Shown one piece after another: positions 39,301-51,300 of a stretch of DNA of 64,000 bases. This DNA is from Acanthaster planci. Lineage: Eukaryota. The stretch lies in assembly GCF_001949145.1 (NCBI RefSeq), contig NW_019091355.1, positions 3,268,646 through 3,332,645 on the forward strand, given 5' to 3'. Made by a program: the position numbers and the translations under genes. The notes beneath the pieces were generated by a model that was not told where the DNA came from, ran no database searches, and was given only the letters and a program-made list of their open reading frames with translations. Numbering within the stretch: position 1 is the first letter of the stretch; each line of letters begins with the position of its first letter.

Positions 39301-42300
39301 ATATGATGATTTTTCCATGCCACCACAGAGATTGACCTTAAGTATTTCCCAAACTTGTTTATTTTTAAAAATCTTCTGCATCCAACGTTTTGCGCTGAAA
39401 AATATTCAAACTTTGAAATTGTTCTTATCTAGAAATGTTAAAGGGCATATATCAAAATCCAGTTTTGACCACATGAAATGGCTGAGAAGGCAACATCACA
39501 AAGAGTCTATGAAAAGTGTTCACATTCAAACCAATCTAATCTTTGGACACGTGTTATCTGTCATCCACAGCGTGTCACATATCTTGTCGCACCTGTGACG
39601 GTCCGAGTGTCTTTGACTGCTCCACCTGCTACTCTGGCATCGTCCTGACACACAACGGCCTGTGCTCGTCCAAGTGCTACGGCGGTTACTACGACGACGG
39701 TGGGGTCTGTAAAGGTGAGAGCCAGCTCTCTCTTCCTTCTAAGGGTTGCTGGTTGTTACAATGTCGCTCATGGAACAATTGGCAAAAACGCCTTGATTAT
39801 TGAATGTTACTTGACACAAAGTTGACAATCTTTGCTATGTAAGAAATTGCCTCTTTACACAGAAATACAGGCAGAGTAGTATTTCCCTGGCCGCATGTGT
39901 GTGTACTTAACTCACTCATTAATGTGGACGTTGGTGTTTACTTTTCAAACCTTGAAAGCTGTAGAGTACCGAAGTAACTACATTAGGCGTACAACTGTGC
40001 GCAAAAGGCATTAGTGTGCGAACCAGGGCGTAAACCAGCACACGCGCATACTCCCATTCGTTTCCACTACACTTCCTGGTTCAAAACTACATCGCACTTT
40101 GGAAGACCAGAGAATGTTTTTTCCCATAATCTCCCAGGCTTTGTTGATGACTGCCCGCCCGTCTTTCTCGCCTTTTTGTTTTTTAGCCTGCCAGGCCAAC
40201 TGTCTAGAGTGCGAGAGTCCCTATGAGTGCCTGGTGTGCCGCAACCCAAACGACGTGCTGCAGTTCGGGGAGTGCTCGCCGTACTGCGCCGATCAGTACT
40301 ACCTGGACCCCGTCACCCGACTCTGTCAAGGTGGGTACCAGCTGTTACCATTGCCAGTGTGGCATGGACTCGGGGGAAAGATCGGCGATCTTTCAAAAGG
40401 GGATAGATTGGCTGAGTGCTTAAAGTCCACTTTTTCTGTTGAGGTTTTGTAGCAAAATACAGAGTTCCAAGGCTTGTAAGTTGTATAACATTATTTCAAG
40501 AAAAAAATGTTGTTTTTCCAGTGCAGTAGCATTTATGGTAGCCAATCCTGTTTTGTTTGCAACCGTTCCAGAGTGCGACTGGAGTTGCAACGCCTGCAGC
40601 GGCCCCACGGCCAGAGACTGTACTCTGTGCATGGAGAACCTGATGCTGAAGGATGGAGCCTGTGTCTCTGCCTGCAACGAAGGCTACTATGTGTTTCTTG
40701 GGGAGTGTAGAGGTCAGGGTTCAAAGTTCATTCACAGGATAGTCCAGAATCACTTTGAACTAGAAAGAAGTGTTGCCTTGTAAATTTCTGTTAACGTTCT
40801 TTCGGGATACCGTGCAATTGTTCCCGATGAAAATGAGACTTAGCTTCTCTTACATGACTGTGTTACGCTGGGTGTGTACGGCTCAGCAGTAATCTCTGTT
40901 CAGCCACATCCCATGTTACCTTTGGATGAAGAAAGGTCATCCGTATTGTCAATTAATCAAACACCTCCATGCGGTCCTATCTTAATCAGAATGCGGTGAG
41001 GACTGCAAGACTTGCAGTAGTCCAGGGGTCTGCACCTCCTGTCAGCCCCCGCGGCTCCTCCTGGGAGATCAGTGTGTCACTCACTGCGGCGTGAGTTACT
41101 ACAGCGACTACGGCCGACACGTCTGCCGAGGTAAAGTTGCCCAGGTCACTAATCAAGATGAAAAGTTCTGTAAAGCAATAGTTGCTCATTGTGAAGTTTG
41201 TAGGAACCGGCAATACTTGTCACCCAGTTAATGGTCATTTTCACCCGAGTTACGTATCCAAACGAAAGAGCTGACTTATCCATCTTTCTATTTGCAAACT
41301 GATTCAAGATTACTGAAAAGAAAGGGGCATAAAGGCTGCATCCAAGTCTGTTGTCTAGAGCTAGGTCCAGGACTTCACTCTATTGAAAAATATGCAGAGA
41401 CGCGTAGACTATAGACCTAGCCGTAGCTCTGGAAGCCCGTTTCAGACATGGCTTATAACTCATTTTCTAGGAGCCAGTCCCATTTTGTTCCGTTTCTGTT
41501 CATTCTTTGGCTCTTTCCTGTTTCTTGATAAGCAAAGACACCTCAAGGCCCGACACGTTGGATTACCTTTTCTTTGCTGCCCCTCCCCCCCCCCACAGCT
41601 TGCCCATGGAACTGTCTGGAGTGTAGCACCCCAGACCAGTGCACCAACTGCGCCTCGGGTTCCTTCCTCCTCAGGGGCAGCTGCGAGGCTGACTGCCCCT
41701 CCGGTTACTTCACCAACCCGCAACTGAACATCTGCGAAGGTAAAGAAGATCAAAGACCCGTTTGCCCGTCCCTTTTTTCGTGCTGCCTGTTCACATATAT
41801 ACTGACTTGCTAAATGCAATTGGCATTCACTTTAGTTTCAACTCAGTCCTTGAACATTTTCAAGGTTCACTCTGTTAATTTGTAATTACCGGTTTTGCCC
41901 TTACACTGACTATGTTCATAACACGGTATAGTCAGTATTTATGTGAGAGCTTCTTAAAAAGTTCCACAAGCTCACTCGGATGAGACTCAAACCCACAATC
42001 TCTTGCTTACTAGTGCAGACATCTTAACCACTCGACCACCGAGCTTGCCGGGGTTGACTGGTTGGTCTGAGCTCGTGAGGGCAGAGGTTATTAAACCCCA
42101 GCCATTTGTGCCTGATGTGGCAACATCAGGCTAGTGTACTCCCCAGGGAGCTGAGGTGGTTTCAGGAATGCTCAGATGTTGTGAGCCCAGTGTACAGGGA
42201 TAATGATAGTATATCAGCACTTTTGAATTACGGATGCTGTTAGATACTGCGAACCTTATAAAAGCTTTGATATTATTATTCTAAGTGTGCGGGATTAGTT

Positions 42301-45300
42301 GCCATTTGACCAAGCTTTTGTTCCTTAATTGCAGCTAATCTTTACCCGCCAACGCTTTTTGTCAACGGCACCTTGAACAGCGAGATAGGAGGGACCACCG
42401 TCCTGGATACATCTTTCATCACAGCCTACGACCCAGACACTGCCTCTAAGGACTTGACCTTTGTCCTGATCAGCCCACCCACCAATGGTGAGCTGATCAA
42501 GATCCAGCGGGGCGTGGATGCCACGCTGGCCGCCGGTGACTACTTCACCTTCCCCGAGCTGGATCAGGGCAGTGTGCGCTTCGTCCATGACCGTCGCCAG
42601 CAGCTGACGGGGTTCTTCACCCTGAAGGTCGGTGACCGACAGTTCCAGTCTCCCCCCGAGGACATCGGCATCGTCGTCTTGTCCCCATTGGCCCCATATG
42701 TCACCCGCAACCAGCCGCTGGTCGTGGAGGAAGGAGAGATGGGCAGGATTGCCTCAGACGCCAATCTGCACATCCGCGACGAGGACAACCCAGAGATGGT
42801 GACCATCACGGCCATTGAGGGGCCGCGGCACGGCCGGCTGATCAAGTTGCCGGACAGGAGCCGTGCCAAGACATTCACGATCAATGACCTCGTGGCCGGG
42901 AACATCCGCTATGTCCACGACGGAAGCGAGACCCAGTACGATGCCATCGCCTTCCAAGTAACAGACGGCCACAATGTGATCAATGTATTGTTCTACATCC
43001 AGATTAATCCGAATGTAAGTGTACCAACCAGAGAACCTCTCTCAACCCCCATTCTATTGATGGATTGGGATCCCACTTCGAGGGCGCTGAATTTTATTCC
43101 CAAGGAAGCCATTTTAATTCTATTCATTGAATCTATTTTATAAATTATTAACTGTTGAATAGAACGATATTTGGCCTGGGAATTTTAGTTTATTCGTTCA
43201 TGGATGCTATCAAGTTCCCAAAAGGAAGAGTTCGCCTTGCTTTCAATTTCAGTAATGGCTGATTCATGCATAAGGGTCCATTAAGGTCATAACCTGTTGG
43301 ACTGGGCTTGGTCTCGTGAGTTTTCCTCGGAATGAACTTGCTCGTGGGAGTGAAAGGAGTGCAGGTGTCATCAGGTCATTTGTAATCAAAGAGGAAATGG
43401 ACGATAAATTTCACCTCGTGATAATTGGTATTTGTTTACTGTTTATTTGTGTTCCGTTCAGGACAACAAAGGGCCCATCCTGATCAACAACGTCCTGATG
43501 CGGGTCCGGGAGGGGGACCTTATTCCCATCACGTCCGATCACCTGAAGGCCTTCGACGTCGACTCACCCAACAACGAGCTGATGTTTACCCTCACCCCAC
43601 CCAAGGGCAACCCGCGCAGTGGTAAGCTGGAGCCACTCATTCTGGACTTGCTGAAATGCTGCTAGACACAGCCCGTTGTTTAAAGAGCACCTTCAAGGAA
43701 AACATGTTTTCGCTGATTTGATCCGTTCAAATAAATATATAAGCATCCAAATCGAACCCAGTGTCAATTGTCTTCAGAGCTCAACTATAACAAGCTTAAA
43801 AGGTTTTTTTTTCTGTTCATGCCAAGATGCAAATTCTGAACGTTGATTGCTTCATTCGGAGAAAACATAGAAAACGAGAGGAACTAGTTCGTAGGGATAA
43901 ACCCTTTGAATGTTAAACAATGGCTACAAACAATAGCTACATGCAAAATCAGAGAAAACATGTTTTCCTCAGAGGTGCCCTTTAATTTTGTGCCTGAGAT
44001 TCATGTCTGCAGAAATTGAGCGTCATTTTTGATGGATCAGATGTAATTTCATAGGAATAGAGAAATGTTTACACGTAGCTGTCCCCCTATTTTGTTGAGT
44101 GTTTTCTGACATTGAGATTGCCCAGCAGTTCATTCAGGATTTTGCGTTTCTGACGAGATCTCATACATTAGATTTCATGACTTCCAGTTTCATATTTGAG
44201 GACAGCTGTTTGATGAATTGAAAACAAAAATAGACTGGAGCCCCTTTAGCCTAAACTTGGGTTAAGTTTGTGCCCCGCCCAAATAAGGTTGTATCTAATC
44301 AACCCTTTTGACCTTTTTTTTTTTTTAATCAGGTGACATTGTGATGGTCTTGCCCATTCCGGACGCGGGGGTGCCCTCAGGTTGGGAGGATATGCAGAAT
44401 GGTTACATGATGCAACTTCTGGTCCGATTCGCCCAGGAAGACATCAACCAAGGCAGGGTCTACTACCGTCACTCTGGGGGCGAGGTCACCAGCGACTACT
44501 TCATGTTCGAGGTCAGTGTTTTGATCGGGTTTTCCCAACAGGGCCCGCGTTTGACTAAACTTGTCAGCAAGAAGTTTGCTTCTAGCCATTTTGAAAAAAA
44601 ATCTTGATTTTGGGCGTATTGATGAGCCCTGGTTCACTTGTACCTAGGCTGTAGAGCGCCCTCTACTGTCTCTGCAAAGAGCAATTAGTCCACTCTCATT
44701 ACTTGGATGTAATCACTTTGTCAGTCACTCACTTATTGTTTGTCTCTCTGCTTGTTTCTGAGCGCAGGTTGCGGACACAGCCCACAATGTTCTCAGTGAC
44801 CAAGCCTTCAACATAGAGGTGCTCCCCAACAACGACGAACCGCCCCGGTTGGTGGCTGGCATTGTTGAACCACTGCTAATGCGGGTTAGTATGGCATCGT
44901 TGCATCATCAGTAGTCAGTAATCACAAATCAATAATCAGTAATCATTGATCAGCAATGAGTGGTCAGTGTTATCAGTTTGCAATAAAGCTGGCGTCCTCG
45001 TTGTGTGTATCAGAAAAGATGACCAATCAGCGATTATTTGTCAGTAACCATTAATCAATGATCTGTAATGAATTTGAAATGATATTGATATTCTTCCTTA
45101 ATGTGCACATGGGACTTACCCCCGATTGCGTAATCATCACATTTAGCACTCCCAATTCTGAAACCAGATAATTAATTTAGTTTTCAAAGTGTAGAATACG
45201 TTATTTTCTATGCCTGCTTTCCAGTGCATTTCGCAAGCTTGCCTGAAGTTTTGCGAAGCGACCTTGTCCATTTCACTCACAGAGCCGTGGGTCTTCAAGG

Positions 45301-48300
45301 ATGTGGCAAATGGTTTCTTCCCCTCCCCTTACGGAAAAAACACTTGAATATTTTGATCATCTCTGTCCAGTAGAAAGAGAATTTCATTTTGATTCGATTT
45401 TGGTTTGTTCCCAGGTCTTTGAGGGTGAAATCACGCCGATCACCAACACCCATCTGGCGTACACAGACGTGGACAGCCCAGACCCAGACCTGGTCTATAA
45501 CATCACTACCCCGCTTCAGGTCAGCTGTCTACCCATTCGCCAAATTAATTTTTTGATTGTGTTTTTGAACAACTGCTATTGTTTTGATGTGTGCGTTTTG
45601 AGCTAACTGAGTTTCCCTGCACCAAGCATTTGAAGTGATAATATTTGTAAGGTTACTTTTCTGATCGGCAACAAACTCATCTCAGATCATCTGATGCAGT
45701 TTTTTAAAAGTACTTGATGTCGTGTGCTTTGTTATACAGATTGGTCAGGGCAGTATTGAGTATGTGGATCGGCCCTTCCAGCCCACGGATTTGTTCACGC
45801 AAGCCGACATCAACGCCCAGAAGATCATCTACCGTCCTCCCAACATCGACCTGGGACAGGAGCCATTATCCTTTAAGTTCTTCTTCACAGGTGAGTCATT
45901 GCTGATGCTGAGAAAGTTTATTCAATTATGGACCTTTAACATGGGGCAGCCATCTTGCTTTTTTACCACTCAAAGCCATGTAACCAAACTGAGGCTGGAA
46001 GGAAAGATAGTCTGTTCCCTTTCATCAGTATGTGAAGTTGTATAACTTTTGTCAGTGGGTCTACAGGGAGTAAGACAAACACTGCAGCATCATGATAAAT
46101 GTCTATAGTGTGCATTCTTGAGATGAAAGATGTCAGCTGATGCAACATAGATAACAACTGTAGGAGAAGCCGTGCTCTGAAATTGACGTCAAGAACCAGG
46201 GGCCAATTTCACAGCGCTGCTTAAGCACAAAATTTGCTTAAGCATGAAAAACCTTGTTTAAAACAACAAAGGTTACCAGCTCAAACTCTATCTGATTGTC
46301 ATGCTAACCAAAAGACGGCTAAATACAATCCCGAAGCAATATACATCACATGGAGATTTGGTTGGTTACCTGATTTATCAAGCAAGGTTTTCTCGCGCGT
46401 AAGCAAATTTGTGCTTAAGCAGCTCTGTGAAATTGGCCCCAGTCCTAGTTTCATTAGCATTGACATCCTTTTTTCTCCTTTGCTCGCATTTTGTTTTAAT
46501 CAGTTGCGGACAGCGTTCCCGGCGGAAATCTAGTGGGCCCCAAGCCCTTCACCATCTTCGTCCTGCCGAGAGAGGACAAAGTCCCGCCCACCTTGGACAA
46601 CCGGTTCCACACATTCGAGGTGCAGCGGGGCGGGCTGAAGCAGCTGCGCTCCATCCTGGCCGAGGGGACGAACCTGGACACCCCCCAGACCGACCTGGTG
46701 TACACCCTGATCACTGCCCCAGAGCACGGCTTCATACTGAAGAGCGGGTTCATCCAACTCGATGAAGGTGAGATTCTTAGTGTTGTCGTCACACTACCTT
46801 GAAAGATACATGTAGTAAGACGTTAATGTTGTCGTGCCCAAGAGATTAAAAGAACCGCGTATATCCTTGTTTTTCATGCCGTTTTTTTCTGTAACAGTAA
46901 CACTGGATAAATTGTTCTTTTTCAAGACTTTTCTTTGACACTGTTTGTGTTTTTAAATACAATCTTAATGTAGACTTATTAACAGGTTGACATGTTAATT
47001 TACTCAGCATTTTACTGGATTGTTCCTCAGAGAAATCAGATTTCAAGTGATTACTACTTTGTGGGTTAACACTGTTATTTGTTTTCTGTTCCCTTGTTTG
47101 ATCCGAGGCAAGTTTCTGCCTTTTTTTTGTGTGAAAAGTTCTTCAACTTGCATATCGTCTTCCTGTCCAGGTGCCCAGTTTACCCATGCTGAACTGCTGC
47201 AAGAGTCCTTCCACTACGTCCATGACAGTTCCCAGACGGAGCAGGATAGCTTTGAGATCACCCTGAGCGATGGCACCCACTCGGCCAGCATCGTCATGGC
47301 CGTGGTGGTCACCTACACAGACACCCGCAAGCCGTCCGTCCGGCGGGGGGCCACGCTCTCCCTGCTGGTGCCTGAGAACAGCATGGCTGTCGTCTCCCGG
47401 GATGAGCTGTCATTTGAGGACGACGACTCAGTCGACAGCGAGATCGTGCTGACGCTGGACACGCTGCCACATAGCGGCCGCTTGCAGCAGCGGATCGCCG
47501 GTGACTTCTACCAGGACATACCCGTGGGAGGTTCTTTCACACAAGCTGACATCAGTGCATACAATATAAGGTAACGAGGCAATGCTCATGACCCAAGCGG
47601 GGATCTGATAATTGCCCAATCAGGCATTGTGAGTCATCATCGCCCAATTAGGAACTCTCAGCGATTAGTGCCCAATTAGAAATATTTGGGTCATGGCAGC
47701 ATTTGGTACCTTTACTACTGCATTACATAATTGGGTATTTGGAGAAATACGTGTATCCTGTTTAAAACCTTTCCTTATTTAATTCAGTGTCAGGTGGAAA
47801 GGCTTGCGGTAGCTACCGCAGGCCTTTCCACCTGTTGCTGTTCGACACTATGAATAGCCCGAAATTCCATCTTAATTCAGTGTGTTGGCCATTCTGTTCT
47901 CCCCTGCTGCACGATTCCGATTTAGCCTGGTCTTCTCGCTGAGCTCCGTAATGGTTCTACCTTATTAATATCAAGTAGGGCTTAAACAGTTGGTAAGTTG
48001 CGTTGCCAGAATCTCCAGCTAGTCTGTGAAGTGGAATGTTCGAATTTTCGGGTCACCTCGTTGCAGATATGTAGCCGAGGGGGAGATCGGCAGCCAGGCA
48101 GTCACCGATCTTCTGTTCTTCAACGTCAGCGATGCCAGCGGCAATGTCCTGATCAAGCAGGTGTTTCCGGTCACTGTCACGCCGGTCAATGACCAGCCAC
48201 CATCCGTGACAGTGGGTGATGGCATCCGGGTAGGTGCTGTCATACCGTACTCGAGACCTTTTATAAAAGTGTGCTGTGTTTGCCAAATCAACTTTAAAAG

Positions 48301-51300
48301 GGCAGTTTTATATGGAAGATGAATTTTTGCCTACTTTTTCTCCTGAATTATGTAACTGTTTATCGATGATAGAAATACTTGATCATTTCTCACCCGCATA
48401 ACGTCCATTCTTATCAAGTTGGCAAATTGAGTGATACATAAAAACCTCAGTGAGTCCTTCCTAATGCAGACTAAAATGAATGTACTAACAGCAATGGCGT
48501 GAAAATTCATTTAGTGGTACAACATATGTGGTGTTTGTTCATGTTACAGTTGGTTGAAGGAGCCCGGGAACTGATCTCCTCAGCCAACATTAGAGCAACT
48601 GACCTAGATACCAGACTAAGTCAACTGAAGGTGATCATTGACACTGGACCAACTTTCGGCTTCATTGAGAACATCAGATCAGGTATGAAGCTTTATTGTA
48701 TAAAGAAATGACTTTCTGTGTTTTTTGTAAAGATTTGAACTTGGTCGATGATTGAGGTTTTGTTTTCTAGCTTACTTTCATTGAAAAGTGGATTTTGGAT
48801 TTCTTTAGACCACAGAATTAGCTTGTGCTTTCGGTGATTTGGAAATAAATTTTTTGACCAAGCTAGGGCAAGGTATGGTACAAAAGTTAAGCCAGTCTCT
48901 CTACTGCTCCATCAAACAGATACCTTTACATTGAAGAAATTACCTTTGAGAATGACATGTAACACATACAAAAAGTAAGTACAGATAGAAATATTTATTG
49001 AAGGGTTGGGATTGCCAGCATGCTATTTTTTTGGAGTTTTTATCCGAGAACTCACTTTTTTCCTTCTGCATATTTTGGTGATTTCTAGCGCTCGGCTCCG
49101 AGCAGCCCAATGTGGATATCCCTGTCACGGACTTCCGGGTGCAAGACCTGATCGACAACACCATCTACTACGTTCAGAGCGTGCACCGGAACGTGGAGCC
49201 CACCCAGGACGGCTTTTTGTTCCATGTTTCGGACGAGGAGAACGACTCCCCGCAGTATCGCTTCAACATCACCATCAGGGTATGTTAGGAGGTCAACATA
49301 TCCTGCCTCTTGACCTGAACCTGGGATTGTCTGTTATGGCTCATCTCAGAAACCCGTTGTAAAGGCAGAACAGCTGAAGGAAAAATAACTGTCAGTGAAT
49401 AGAAAGGACTGTTCTTATTTTTACACCCTTTCCCGCTTTTTCCCATTTGGCAGTTGGTCAATGATGAGGAGCCCATGCTGATCACCGACACTCTCTTCCT
49501 GCCCGAGAACGAGGGCGCTGTAGTCACCAACGTCTCCATGTACGCCAGCGACCTGGACACAGGGCCAGAAGACCTGATCTTCACCGTGACCGAGTACCCG
49601 ACCTGCGGCACCCTCCGCCGCAGGGCATTCATCGGCGACCCTCTCCACTTTGGCCGCATCCTGACCGTGGGCGACACGTTCACCTGGCGGGACGTGCTGG
49701 ACGAGCTGGTGGTGTACGTACACGATGGGTCAGAGGTCAAGACAGACTCTTTTGGCGTGTCACTGACAGACGGGATCTATACAGTACTTGGCACAGTGCC
49801 AATCCAGATCGGGCTGATTAACGATGAAACACCCAGGGTTGCTGTCAACAGGGGACTCCAAGTCCAAATTGGTGAGAAAACCTCTGATATTCAACAGCTT
49901 GATGAAAATTGTGTCAAACAATTTCTAAAATTGAGTCATTTTATGGAATTATTTAGGTGTTTTCAACATGAATCATAACTTGCAAAGCAATGCAAAAATT
50001 TTTTAAGATTTTGGACTTTTCCTTTAACCCCTTCGCACCGGGAAGTTGTAAGAGCCGCTGTAAAAATTGAGATCCCTCAGCCCGCTTTTCAGCTATTATT
50101 CTCGGCCCACGTTTGAGCGAACACGGTGAAAGAAAGCATACCTGCAAACTATTTTTTTCCTAATTAGGTTCAACCACAACAATCACCAACTACGAGCTGC
50201 GCGCCGAAGACGTGGACTCAGAGAACATGCAGTTGATCTACACCCTGACGGCGGAGCCCACCGTGGGCCAGCTGCAGTTCCTGCTGAACGGCGAGAACAT
50301 GGTGCCACTGCGGGTGAACGGGGAGATGTCCAGCTTCACGCAGAATGACATCGATAACGGTAGGTCTTCGTCCCCAGAGTGTGCCCGAAATCCAGAGTCA
50401 ATTGCAGCCAGTTCTTGGCCACGTTTAGTATTTCAAGATCTGACGGGGCTTCTTTTTGACCTGTCGCAGGGTACGTCCGGTACGTTCACGACCCCATCGA
50501 GGCAGCAGGGACAGCGGTATTCAAGTTCACTCTCTCAGACCCGGAGGGTAATGAGCTGATCGATCAGTCCTTTCTCATTACAGTCCTGGGTAAGTTTATC
50601 CTTCACATCTCTGCATGAACAAAGGGATCAGTATCCTCTCCAAGCCAAAACGAAATTTCTGGGGGAAAAAAATGACTTTGAGACTCACTTTTTGGGATCC
50701 AGTCTTAGATGATAACTGTGCCCTTTCATGGAGACTAATCCAGCAATCAGAATGCAAAGCGGTTTTTTTGCAGTGGCACCGTTATCGCATGCAGGGGGTA
50801 TGCATATTTTCCTCTTTGACCAATAGGATGTTGGGACTCTTCAAAGGCACAAACGCCCCCAGTTATTGCATGTATGAGTATGATGCCACTTCAGCAATTA
50901 AATTCTCTCAGATACATTGATATCATGCCCTTAAGCTTTCTAAAAGCGGACCCCTAAATTTGAATTAATCCTGTTGGTCTTCCAATTGCCGTCAACAGAG
51001 GACCGGGTGCCGCCCCAGATCCTGGCCAACCGTGGCCTGACCCTGGCGGAAGGCACCTCCAAGGTGCTCACCACAGACGTCCTGTCTGCCACAGATGTGG
51101 ACAGCGTGCCGGGCCGCCTGGTCTACCTGATTTCGGCGGGGCCCACCTATGGCCAGCTAGAGTTTGCCGACGTGCCCGGCGTGCCCGTCACTGAGTTCAC
51201 CCAGGCGGACCTGGCCGCCAAGACGGTTGCCTACGTGCACACCAGCGAGGAGGAGGCCGTCATGGACAGCTTCACGTTCACCGTGGACGACGGGACCAAT

